Source of the DNA: Clostridiaceae bacterium
GTDB taxonomy: Bacteria; Bacillota; Clostridia; Acetivibrionales; DULL01
NCBI GenBank assembly: GCA_012840395.1
Contig: DULL01000036.1
Coordinates: 5,832-69,831 of the forward strand
Direction: 5' to 3'
Length of the DNA stretch: 64,000 nt
The notes beneath the pieces are model-generated. The model made no database searches. It was given only the letters and a program-made list of their open reading frames with translations, and was not told the DNA's origin. This document shows positions 1-10,000 of the stretch, piece by piece (the stretch's first letter is position 1; each line of letters begins with the position of its first letter). A program made the position numbers and the translations under genes.

Positions 1-2
1 AT

Positions 3-92
3 ACAGATGAATCTGAAGGCGGAGATGCAGGAGCGGAAGAAAAAGATTCCTTAGAAACCGATGTTAATATTAAAGATGAAGCCCTCGAGTAA
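3..92 (+). CDS. C-terminal fragment of an unidentified protein (gene begins upstream of the window)
   Basis: Frame open from window edge (..TDESEGGDAGAEEKDSLETDVNIKDEALE*). Stop TAA is at 90-92 and a hairpin terminator follows. Only 29 codons, so no family call. Confidence 0.3.
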   Translation, partial: TDESEGGDAGAEEKDSLETDVNIKDEALE

Positions 93-174
93 TATACTTG
101 AGTATATTTAATCCTTTTTTAACGTTTATGTATATATTTATTTTTAATGGTAAATGTCTTATTGTTTTAGTTTA

Positions 175-233
175 AAAAGGGCACTCCCCCAACTGAGGGA
201 AAGAGATGCTTTTTCCTTAAGGAATGCCCTTTT
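175..233. terminator. Compound hairpin, bidirectional terminator between convergent genes
   Basis: AAAAGGGCACTCC (175-187) pairs with GGAATGCCCTTTT (221-233) with one mismatch. A-run on the left and T-run on the right. It sits between the + fragment and the - strand zinc-ribbon gene. Confidence 0.6.
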
Positions 234-239
234 AACTTA

Positions 240-458
240 TTATTGATGGGGACAGCAACCACCACATCTACTGAAATTTGGACAATTTGAAGGTTCTGTT
301 TTTCTGCTTTGTATAATATTTACATTTGTAAAGATAGGGTCAAGGTCTGTACTTCCGCATTGCGGACATTTGATCTGTTTTTTTTCTCTCTGTGACATGC
401 TTGCCATTATATTAAACTCTTCTCCGCATTTGGTACATTTTAGATCATAAAAAGGCAT
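240..458 (-). CDS. FmdB-family zinc-ribbon protein (putative regulatory protein)
   Basis: Track ORF 240..476. The likely start is the internal Met (MPFYDLKCTKCGEEF). Two CxxC pairs (CTKC, CPQC) and a Cys/Gly-rich C-terminus are typical of the family. Confidence 0.75.
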   Translation of the reverse strand: MPFYDLKCTKCGEEFNIMASMSQREKKQIKCPQCGSTDLDPIFTNVNIIQSRKTEPSNCPNFSRCGGCCPHQ

Positions 459-795
459 GTTTTTCACACTCCACACTTCTTAATTCTTAATAAAATACTT
501 TATACTACCAGTTATTATATTATATATTATAACATGAACTTTGACATGAGAAATTATCATAGCGATTCATCCTAACCTTCGTCACAGAAGTGATAGTATT
601 CTTGATATTTCTTTGATAAAATAATATGATATATTGTTATAGACGATGGAAACAATAATGTATTTAATTTATTAACAGTAGGTCTAATAAGAATTTAATG
701 GATTTATTTATAAAAAGAGATTAATGTATAATGAGATTCATATAAAAATAGTATATTTATAATGATAGGATTTTAAGAAAAGAGAGGTTTAATAT

Positions 796-1905
796 ATGTC
801 AAACAAAAAACGAATAGGAGTCATTTTCGGAGGCCGGTCACCTGAACATGAAGTTTCAAGAGTATCTGCTCAAAATGTTATAAATAATATAGACAGGGAT
901 AAATATGAGGTAGTGATGATTGGTATTACTAAAGACGGCCGCTGGCTTATATATGAAGGGCCTGTGAAAGAGGTCGGCACCGGGGGATGGCAGGCTATAG
1001 CTGAGGCAAATGAAAAAAACAATAAAATTAATGTTTTTGAATTGTTTTCAGGAGATAAATCTTCCGAATCTTTGAAGAATATCTGCAAAAGGCTTGATAT
1101 AGTTTTCCCTGTTCTTCATGGGTGCAATGGAGAAGATGGAACAATACAGGGAATGTTTGAACTTTTTGGAATCCCTTATGTAGGGTGTGGAGTGTTGAGT
1201 TCTGCACTGGCAATGGATAAAGCTTATTCAAAGTTGATATTTGAAAAATATTCCATTCCAATAGGTAAATACCTGGTTTTTGACAGATCAGAGATAAATG
1301 AGGATAATATACATGGTATAATAGAAAAGGTTGAGGCAGTACATACATACCCATGTTTTGTAAAGCCTTCTAATACGGGTTCTTCCATTGGCGTAAGCAA
1401 AGCCCGTGACAGGAATCAGCTTGTAGATGCAATTTATTTGGCATCTAGGTATGACAGTAAAATTCTTATAGAAGAATATATTGAAGGCGGCGAATATGAG
1501 TGTGCTGTTTTGGGAAATAAAAAACCTGAAGCCTCTGTAGTAGGTGAAATTATTCCTTGTAATGAGTTTTATGACTATGAGGCAAAGTACAGCCCTGATA
1601 GCACCTCTAAAATTGTAATACCTGCCGAATTGCCAGAAGATATTTCTAATGAGATAAGAAAATATGCCATTGAAGCATTTAAGGCCTTAGAATGTTCCGG
1701 CCTTGCCAGAGTAGATTTTTTTGTGCAAAAAGGAACCAATAGAGTTTATATTAATGAAGTTAATACTCTTCCTGGCTTTACAAACATAAGTATGTATCCC
1801 AAGCTTTGGGAGGCAACAGGCATAAAATACTCCGAATTAATTGATAGATTGATTAATCTAGCGCTGGAGAGATTCCAGGACAGAAAAAGAGAAATTGATA
1901 TTTAG
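796..1905 (+). CDS. ddl: D-alanine--D-alanine ligase
   Basis: 369 aa. N-terminus KRIGVIFGGRSPEHEVS, ATP-grasp core, and C-terminal NEVNTLPGFT motif. Confidence 0.95.
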   Translation: MSNKKRIGVIFGGRSPEHEVSRVSAQNVINNIDRDKYEVVMIGITKDGRWLIYEGPVKEVGTGGWQAIAEANEKNNKINVFELFSGDKSSESLKNICKRLDIVFPVLHGCNGEDGTIQGMFELFGIPYVGCGVLSSALAMDKAYSKLIFEKYSIPIGKYLVFDRSEINEDNIHGIIEKVEAVHTYPCFVKPSNTGSSIGVSKARDRNQLVDAIYLASRYDSKILIEEYIEGGEYECAVLGNKKPEASVVGEIIPCNEFYDYEAKYSPDSTSKIVIPAELPEDISNEIRKYAIEAFKALECSGLARVDFFVQKGTNRVYINEVNTLPGFTNISMYPKLWEATGIKYSELIDRLINLALERFQDRKREIDI

Positions 1906-1921
1906 TCTGGGAGGCACAGCT

Positions 1922-2389
1922 ATGGATAAAGATGTTATTATTTCCGTAAAAGGAACGCAGACATTATTTAATAATGAAAAAAGTGAATTAGAGTTGATTA
2001 CTGAAGGAAAATACTATAAGGATGGTGATGCCTATCTTATTACCTATGATGAAAGTGAAGTAACAGGAATGGAGGGTACTACCACAATATTAAAAGTTGC
2101 AGACGGAGTTGTAACATTAATGAGATGCGGTTCCATTAATTCCATTTTTATGTTCCAGCGGGGGCAAAAACATATTTCTTATTATGATACTGAATATGGA
2201 ACGTTTTCTGTAGGTGTTGTCACAAATGATCTTAATATAAATGTTAATGATAATGGCGGAGAAATAAGAGTTGGTTATCAGTTGGAATTTAACAATAATA
2301 GGTCAGGATATAATGATTTTCATATGTTAATCAGAGAGGCAGGAAATACAGATGATAAATATAATAGACGATATAAAACTGGAAATTAG
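1922..2389 (+). CDS. DUF1934-like small beta-barrel protein
   Basis: Start moved to ATG 1922, 7 nt after GGGAGG. A small protein immediately upstream of and overlapping argS is the usual Firmicute DUF1934-argS arrangement. Confidence 0.65.
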   Translation: MDKDVIISVKGTQTLFNNEKSELELITEGKYYKDGDAYLITYDESEVTGMEGTTTILKVADGVVTLMRCGSINSIFMFQRGQKHISYYDTEYGTFSVGVVTNDLNINVNDNGGEIRVGYQLEFNNNRSGYNDFHMLIREAGNTDDKYNRRYKTGN

Positions 2390-4046
2390 AGAAACTATTA
2401 AGAAAGCTATTATTAAATCACAGGAAAATGGCCTTCTTCCGGCTGTTGAAATACCTGAAATAAATATTGAAATTCCCAGGGAAAAGGAGCATGGAGAGTT
2501 TTCATCAAATATTGCCATGCAGATTACCAGACTGGTTAAGAAACCACCGAGACAAACAGCGGAAATAATTATTAACAATATGGAACTGGATGACAGCAAT
2601 ATTGCGAAGGTAGAATGTGCAGGACCAGGCTTTATGAATTTCTATCTCAGCAGAAAGTGGTTGTCTCAAACTCTTAAGAATATCCAAAAAGAGAAGGAAG
2701 ACTACGGTAAATCCGATATTGGTAAAGGCCAAAAGGTAATGGTGGAGTTTGTCAGCGCAAATCCTACAGGGCCTTTACATATGGGCAATGCCAGGGGAGG
2801 GGCACTTGGAGATTGTATAGCAAGCGTGCTGGAAGCTTCGGGATATAAAGTGCACCGTGAATTCTATATAAATGATGCCGGAAATCAGATCGAGAAGTTT
2901 GCATTATCCTTGGAAGCCAGATATATTCAGCTTCTCAAAGGTGAAGAGGCGGTTGCGTTTCCTGAAGACGGTTACCATGGGGAAGATATTATAGAGCATA
3001 TGAAAGACTTTATAGCTCTTCATGGGGATAAATATCTTAATGTTAATCAGGAAGAAAGACGAAAGGAATTTGTAAAGTTTGCCCTGGAGAGAAATTTAAA
3101 GAGAATAAAGTCTGATCTGGAGAATTATGGGATTAAATTTGACACCTGGTTTTCAGAACAATCCCTGTATGACAGCAATGAGATATATGATACTTTAGAC
3201 TTTCTGAGAAGCAGAGGATATTTAATGGAAAAAGATGGGGCTACCTGGTTGATAGGTGAGAAACTTGGTCTGGAAAAGGATGAAGTGCTTGTAAGAAATA
3301 ATGGAATTCCTACATATTTTGCGTCTGATATTGCCTATCATAAGAACAAATTCCTGATACGAGGATTTGACAGGGTTATCAACCTTTGGGGAGCAGACCA
3401 CCACGGCCATGTAGCCAGAATGAAGGCTGCTGTCGGGGCATTGGGAGTGGATCCTAAAAAATTAGATATAGTATTATTCCAGCTTGTTAGGTTATATAGA
3501 AATGGCGAAATTGTCAGAATGTCCAAGAGAACCGGCAAAGCAATTTCTCTTGGAGATCTTTTGGAAGAGGTAGGACAGGATGCCGCCAGATTTTTCTTTA
3601 ATATGAAAGCCGCAGGAAGCCATCTGGATTTCGATTTGGATTTGGCTGTACAGCAGTCAAATGAGAATCCGGTGTATTATGTACAGTATGCTCATGCAAG
3701 GATATGCAGCATGCTTAAACTATTGTTGGAGGACGGAATTCAAGTCCCAAGTGCTGAAGAGGTAAACCTGGAGCTTCTTCAGGAAAAAGAAGAAATTGAG
3801 CTTATCAAAAAACTTGCAGAGCTACCGGAAGAAGTTAAAATTTCTGCAGAAACCCTTGAACCAAGCAGGTTAACCCGTTATGTTATGGAAGTTTCCTCCT
3901 TGTTCCACAGTTTCTATAATGCTTGCAGAGTAAGAGGAGTGGAGGAGGATTTGATGAAAGCAAGGTTGGTTCTTGTGGAATGTACAAGAATTGTAATAAG
4001 GAACACATTAGATTTACTTAAAATAACTGCGCCTGAGAGAATGTAG
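2352..4046 (+). CDS. argS: Arginine--tRNA ligase
   Basis: 564 aa. Class I HIGH-type motif (ANPTGPLHMGNARG), MSKRTGK (KMSKS-like), and C-terminal anticodon-binding domain ending ..APERM. Confidence 0.95.
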   Translation: MINIIDDIKLEIRETIKKAIIKSQENGLLPAVEIPEINIEIPREKEHGEFSSNIAMQITRLVKKPPRQTAEIIINNMELDDSNIAKVECAGPGFMNFYLSRKWLSQTLKNIQKEKEDYGKSDIGKGQKVMVEFVSANPTGPLHMGNARGGALGDCIASVLEASGYKVHREFYINDAGNQIEKFALSLEARYIQLLKGEEAVAFPEDGYHGEDIIEHMKDFIALHGDKYLNVNQEERRKEFVKFALERNLKRIKSDLENYGIKFDTWFSEQSLYDSNEIYDTLDFLRSRGYLMEKDGATWLIGEKLGLEKDEVLVRNNGIPTYFASDIAYHKNKFLIRGFDRVINLWGADHHGHVARMKAAVGALGVDPKKLDIVLFQLVRLYRNGEIVRMSKRTGKAISLGDLLEEVGQDAARFFFNMKAAGSHLDFDLDLAVQQSNENPVYYVQYAHARICSMLKLLLEDGIQVPSAEEVNLELLQEKEEIELIKKLAELPEEVKISAETLEPSRLTRYVMEVSSLFHSFYNACRVRGVEEDLMKARLVLVECTRIVIRNTLDLLKITAPERM

Positions 4047-4048
4047 GG

Positions 4049-4253
4049 AAGTGGCTCAATTTACTTCAAGAACTGTATGCTCCGAGCCTTAGAGCCTGTA
4101 AATTCACTTCGGGGCAAATCAAACTCACAAAATAACTATAAAAAGGAGATAAGGAAGTTATTTTGTTCAGACAGTGATTTGCCTTATCCTCAGTCGGATT
4201 AACAGGCTCTACAGTCTCTACGCATATGTTCTTTCAGTAAGTGAGCCACTTTC
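4049..4253. repeat. Long imperfect inverted repeat (about 80-nt arms plus paired apex)
   Basis: Left arm GTGGCTCA..AAGAAC..TAGAGCCTGT..GGCAAATCA is mirrored by TGATTTGCC..ACAGGCTCTA..GTTCTT..TGAGCCAC. The apex has an 11-bp stem ACAAAATAACT/AGTTATTTTGT. Confidence 0.7.
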
Positions 4254-4380
4254 GAAGTAAAAAGGAATGCCGCAAGTTACGGATTTTTCTTGCCTTATAC
4301 ATCAACAATCCGTAAGCTTTGTTCATAGGTTATGCATGCAAATCAAAAATTCTGGAGTTAGTATGGAGGGAAAATCAAAC

Positions 4381-5085
4381 TCACCTCTGGGGTTTTCTTT
4401 TTATCTTGTTCTTTTGGGGACGCAGGGTTATATCATTTACTACCATGTTTTTTCCTGAGCAAAGAACATATTCTACAGCATCGGCTATTTGATCAGCCAG
4501 TAAAACAGCCTCTTCTTCATCTTCATATGTAAAATCCAGATGATCGTAAAAACTGGTTTTTGTCATATCAGGGTGAATAGTTGTAACTTTAACGCCATAT
4601 TTTCTTACCTCTTCAAAAAGGCTGTTAAAAAAATGGGAAAGCCCGGCTTTGGTAGCGGCATAAGCACAGCCATGGGCGCTTACTTTTTTTGCTGTAACTG
4701 ATGAAATAGCAATAATAGTACCCTGGCTCTTTTTTAGAGCGCGAAGCAGCAGCCGGCACAGTATTAAAGGTACCTCGAGGTTTGTGCGCACCATAGTTTG
4801 TATACATTTTACCGGTATTTGCTCATGAGGGCCGAAATATCCTACTCCGGCGTTATTGACCAGGAGATTAATCTCCGGCTCTTTTTTCTCAATAGACATA
4901 ATTACTTCTGTAAGTTTATTTATATCTTGTACATCACATTGAACAGATATGAAATTCTCATGGGAAAAACCAGTATTTTCCCAGAAACGGGCCAACCCAT
5001 ACACTTTATAGCCCAAGCCAAGCAACCTTTTGGCCAAAGCCAGCCCTATACCCCGGGAAGCTCCGGTTAACACTGCAGTTTTCAT
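4381..5085 (-). CDS. SDR-family oxidoreductase
   Basis: 234 aa. Rossmann motif TGASRGIG and a catalytic YxxxK context (YAATKAG). Confidence 0.85.
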   Translation of the reverse strand: MKTAVLTGASRGIGLALAKRLLGLGYKVYGLARFWENTGFSHENFISVQCDVQDINKLTEVIMSIEKKEPEINLLVNNAGVGYFGPHEQIPVKCIQTMVRTNLEVPLILCRLLLRALKKSQGTIIAISSVTAKKVSAHGCAYAATKAGLSHFFNSLFEEVRKYGVKVTTIHPDMTKTSFYDHLDFTYEDEEEAVLLADQIADAVEYVLCSGKNMVVNDITLRPQKNKIKRKPQR

Positions 5086-6062
5086 AGGACAAATACCTTC
5101 TTTTCATTTATATATTTTGTTATAATTTCAAGATGCTGTTTTTTAATTCTTTCCGCGACAGACTCAGGGTAGGATATTATATTGTCTTTTAAGCAATATT
5201 CCTCTGCATAAAGAAGGGAAGTGCTCCTGATTTTTTCGATTCTTTGAAAAAAATCCCTTGGCATACGGAAAAAACCATAACTAACATCCACCAGGCAGTC
5301 AGGGTCAATTTGAGAAAAAATATAGTGAAAAAAGGTTTTATATGCTTGATCCATTTCGGGTATAGCAAATACAGGATCAAAGCAAAGTCTGACCTTGAAT
5401 CCCTTTGACAGAGCTGTTTTAATAGCTTTAACCCTTGCTTCCAATAAAGGCGTATGCCGTTCATACTTCTTAATTATTTCATCTGGAGCAAGGGTAAAGG
5501 CCATTATTATATTTTCCAGGGGATGATAATTATTATAAAAGGATTGGTTAGCACTCTTAGTGCGGACCTCCACCAGTATATCCGGATGTTGTGCAAAAAA
5601 ATCATAAAAATATTCCAGATAGGGAATGATATTATGAAAAGCTATAAGGTCAGTATCGTAAGATATTGCCAGAAGTATTTTTCTTCCTTGAAATATTTCC
5701 TCCATACTTCTCATATAATCTTCTGTATTTACAAAAGCCACTATATTTGCTGATTGATACATGCCCTGTAAAAAGCAGTATTCGCAGTCAAACAAACAAT
5801 TAAGAAGGAAAGAGGTATAATAAAAATTTGTATAACCGAAATTCTGGCAAATCTCGGGACCTTCATACAGGAGCTGACCATCTCTGACTGCAAGAATCAG
5901 GGACATAGACTGCTTTTGAACAGCAAAATGCTGTTTTGGACGGTTAAAGATATCCTTGTAATGGTTGATGGTAACCACCGGAATGTCTTTAAACTTTTGA
6001 AGCAGTTGACGGGTAATGGGGTAATTATAAGCCTTTTCTTCTACATATAATGTTTTAAACAT
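5082..6062 (-). CDS. Spore-photoproduct-lyase-family radical SAM protein (non-canonical SplB-like)
   Basis: 326 aa with a CX3CX2C cluster (CLFDCEYC). Overall SPL-like architecture. A 4-nt overlap (ATGA) with the downstream SDR gene. Confidence 0.75.
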   Translation of the reverse strand: MFKTLYVEEKAYNYPITRQLLQKFKDIPVVTINHYKDIFNRPKQHFAVQKQSMSLILAVRDGQLLYEGPEICQNFGYTNFYYTSFLLNCLFDCEYCFLQGMYQSANIVAFVNTEDYMRSMEEIFQGRKILLAISYDTDLIAFHNIIPYLEYFYDFFAQHPDILVEVRTKSANQSFYNNYHPLENIIMAFTLAPDEIIKKYERHTPLLEARVKAIKTALSKGFKVRLCFDPVFAIPEMDQAYKTFFHYIFSQIDPDCLVDVSYGFFRMPRDFFQRIEKIRSTSLLYAEEYCLKDNIISYPESVAERIKKQHLEIITKYINEKKVFVL

Positions 6063-6990
6063 TACCTTCCTTGCTCCTTTTAAAAATGTCTTCTAATAGT
6101 TTCTTTCCTTCTAATTTGGAACTGGCCTTTATTTTTATATAGGACTGTAGAAAGTGTACCGGTTCAATTCCTTTTAATTTTAAAATCTTCATTACTTTTA
6201 GAAATTTCTGTTTCATTGCTTCTGAAAAACGAAAATTCACAAAAATAACATCAAATACTTCTTTCTCTTCTTCAGAAAATGAAAATACATCTATACTGCT
6301 ATTTAGCTCCTTAAGTTCATGTATGATGCTTTCAACCTGTGTCATACGTTTGCTTACAAAGCTTTTTAAAAGTTTTTTATCAAGGTCATCCGGTTCCAAA
6401 TGGTCAGATATTATTTTCAACACCACTATATTATGTGCGTAAACAAACCTTGAGGCAGCTTCCATAAATCCTGCCGATTCCATATCGCAAAAGAAGGGCT
6501 TTTCATTATTACCTTCACTATTATTCACTTCATCATTATTTCTTTCATTAATGGTTACTTCATCAAAATTACTTTTTCTAATATACTCTTGATTACTTTT
6601 GCTAATATACTTTTCTCTAACAACTTTTGAGTAGCACCATAAATTTACTCTGGGAATATTCTGACTGTATAGCACATCAGGATAGTAATCTTTATTGCTG
6701 TCTGCATCTGTGATTTTATTAACCAAAAGCAATGTACCTGCAGCATAATTACTGCCGTATGCACCACAAAATCCTATATTTATCAGTATATCTTTTTCAG
6801 TTGTTCCACAGTGAGAGCAAATATATGCAGTGGCAGCTGAACTTTTTAATTTCCCCACTCCGCTTACAATCAAGGCCATATCAGTATTTTTATAAACAGT
6901 GAATGCACGGACGTTCATATCCTTTTTTAAGTTAAAATAATCGATTATGGGAGCGGCTTCCACCATCAGCGCCACTACAAATAGTACCAT
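6055..6990 (-). CDS. Nucleoside phosphorylase / MTA-SAH-nucleosidase-like protein with an extra helical C-terminal domain
   Basis: 311 aa. PNP_UDP-type N-terminus (VVALMVEAAP) and a DMESAG motif as in MTA/SAH nucleosidases. An Asn/Glu-rich insert and a ~100-aa C-terminal extension. An 8-nt overlap with the radical SAM gene. Confidence 0.6.
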   Translation of the reverse strand: MVLFVVALMVEAAPIIDYFNLKKDMNVRAFTVYKNTDMALIVSGVGKLKSSAATAYICSHCGTTEKDILINIGFCGAYGSNYAAGTLLLVNKITDADSNKDYYPDVLYSQNIPRVNLWCYSKVVREKYISKSNQEYIRKSNFDEVTINERNNDEVNNSEGNNEKPFFCDMESAGFMEAASRFVYAHNIVVLKIISDHLEPDDLDKKLLKSFVSKRMTQVESIIHELKELNSSIDVFSFSEEEKEVFDVIFVNFRFSEAMKQKFLKVMKILKLKGIEPVHFLQSYIKIKASSKLEGKKLLEDIFKRSKEGNV

Positions 6991-7068
6991 TTACAGCAAT
7001 ACACCAGCCTTTTCACACTTTAGCATTCCAGTATATACAGATTAAATCAAATCATATTTTAGATTGTA

Positions 7069-10000
7069 TCAAAACATATTTTCAGATTCAATTTCTATTC
7101 TGCCCTTTGGCTTGCGGTGAAAGATATCATACAGAGCCGGCACTACAAGGAGCGTAAGCACAGTAGCATAGGTTAGCCCACCAATTGTCACTACAGCCAG
7201 AGGCTGGACCATTTCTGCGCCGCTACCAAAGCCTAAGGCCATTGTAACCATGGCCAGAATGGTTGTAAGTGCAGTCAGAAGAATGGGGCGCAGACGTGTA
7301 ACGCCGGCTTTTACCAGGGCTTCCTTCTGGTTCATACCTTCTTCCAGCAACTGTTCTACATAACTTATAAATACAATGCCATTATTCACAACTACACCTG
7401 CAAGTATCAAGAATCCCAGCATAGATATGACAGACAGTTCCATATTGCATGCCCAAAGCAGCAGCAGACCTCCTGTAAATGCCAGGGGCATTGTAAATAA
7501 TATGATAAAAGGTGACAAGAGGCTTTGGAACTGTGCGACCATAATAAGGTAGATAAAGATAACAGCCAGTATAATCATAAGGACAAGGTCCCGCATAGCC
7601 TCTTTAATCATTTTATTTTCACCTGAAATACTGATGTCATAGCCTTCAGGCACATCATAATCAGCCAGTTTCTTTTCAAATTCGCGGCTTACCAGTCCTA
7701 TATTGTAGCCGTCAGCAATTTCTGCAGTGACAGTCATATATCTGGCCTGGTTTTCCCTCCTGATTGCCCTGAGGCTGTCAGCCTCTATAATCTGGGCGAT
7801 ATCTCCTAGCCTGACCTGTTTTTCTTTCCCATCCTTTTGTTTTACAGTAAAGGTATAATCTGCAAGGTTTTCTTGTGTTATACCTCCCTGATCACTCTTA
7901 ACCAGCAATACCGGGTAGTTTTTATTTCCTTCAGCAAGAATGGTAGCTTGGGTTTCAGTTTTAAGGGCTGAGCTGATTTCACTGTATATTTGAGCTACAG
8001 TTAGTCCTTCTCTCATTGCCTTGTCTTTATCAACCTGGATTCTGGTTTCCTTATCTGCATATTCCAGGCCGGTTTCAATATTAACAGCTCCTGCTGTAGA
8101 ACTAAGCAGCCCGGCAATATCTTTTGATATGTCAGCAAGCTTATCAAGATTCTGACCTTTAATATTAACTTGAATGCCTCTTCCGCCAAGTATGGAAATA
8201 TCCATGTTGGAGGAGGTAACCGAGACTTCCACGCCTAAGTCGGCAGTTTTTTCATATATTATTCTTTCAACATCGGTATTTTTCAAGGAACGATTATCCT
8301 TAAGCAGGATATAGAATGTGGTTTCATTATCGGAACCTGAACCTCCTCCCAGGAATCCAAGCCCTGACTGACTGCCGCTCATGGCTCCCACTGTTTCTAC
8401 AGCTTCAATTTCTAATATTCTTTTCATAACCTCATCATTCAAAGCATATCTTTCTTTAATCGTAATTCCTTTTGGCATGGTTATGATTGCACTCATTTGA
8501 GGAGAGTCAACTTCACCCAGAAAGGCAGTACCTATGATAGAAGCACCATATATACTCAATATAAATAGCAAAGTAACAGGTATCAATATAATAGCTTTTC
8601 TACGTATAGTTGCCTTAAGAATTCTTTCATAAAATCTGGCAAATTTGTCAAACCAGCGATTATTCCTTTCGTTGACTGATTTTAGCAAAGTAGACCCCAT
8701 GGCAGGCACTAGTGTAAGAGCTACAATCAGGCTGGCTAAAAGGCTATAGGTTATGGTTAGCCCCATGTCGGTAAAGAGCTGACGGGTTAGTCCCTGAGTG
8801 AAAACTATGGGCAAGAATACGCAGACTGTTGTCAGAGTTGAAGCTGCGAGAGCACCGGAAACTTCAACAGCACCCTTCACAGCAGCCTTGGAAGCCGGAA
8901 TTCCTTCATTCCTTAAACGATATATATTCTCTATAACCACAATACTGTTATCTACCAGCATGCCTACTCCCAAGGCAAGTCCGGATAAGGAAATAACGTT
9001 GATAGTTATTTTGGTAAAATACATCAATGCCATTGCAAACATGAGGCTTATAGGAATGCTTAAGGCAATTTCAATAGTAGGTCTGACATCTTTAAGGAAT
9101 ACCAGCAGTACCAGTATGGCCAGGACTCCTCCAATAAGGAGATTTTCAATAACACTGTCTGTTAACATGTGAATATAATCTCCTTGATTCATCAAAGGAC
9201 GTATGCTTAAACCTTCATACTCATTCTGCAATCTTTTTATCTCTTTATTTATGGCATCTGCAACGGCAGATGTAGAAGCAGTGCTTTGCTTTTGAAAGGT
9301 GAGTAAAACACCTTCATTACCGTTGACTTTAGTATATATTTTACTGGAATTATCAGTAACTGAAACCTTTGCAACATCTGATAAACGGATGTCACCAACC
9401 GGTTCAATATTCATTAAGACCATATTCTGAATTTCTTCTCTTGAGCTAAATGCCTCTCCGACCTTAACTAAATGCTGGTTGTTTCCATTAAGTATATAGC
9501 CTGCAGGCATATTAAAATTCTGCGCCATGATAATTTTGGATACCAGTTCCTCGGTAATTATGTTAGACAGGTCTGCATTCTTAAATGCTTCTTCTTTGGC
9601 TTTATTAAATTCTTCAAGAGCTTTTTCTATTTCTTTTTTGCCATTTTCCAGACGAATCTGATTATTTGCCAGCTCTATTGCCATTGTAATTCTGCCTGAT
9701 TCCAGTTCCTTAATGGCAGATTCAGTTTCTTTAAGAGAATTCTCAAGCTGGGGCTTCATGGCAGACAATGCCATCTGGCGGATATCAATATTTTGAATTT
9801 CAACATCAATGGCCGCAATACGGTTAGGAGCTGAGGCAGCCTTTTCCGCCAGCTCCGCCATTTCTTCCTGGGGTAGGTTAGAGATGCTCTCCGGAAGTCT
9901 ATCCGCCACTTGCTGCATTATAGCTTTATACATATCAGGGCTTATTTCAGATATACCTAAAGGGAAAATTTGTTTAAATAAATCATTCAGCTCAGCTAAT

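Noticed and set aside
4267-4458. 63-aa + strand ORF in the argS/SDR gap.
   Set aside because: It overlaps the 3' end of the well-supported SDR gene, has no RBS and no recognisable motif. The region is better explained by hairpin structures.
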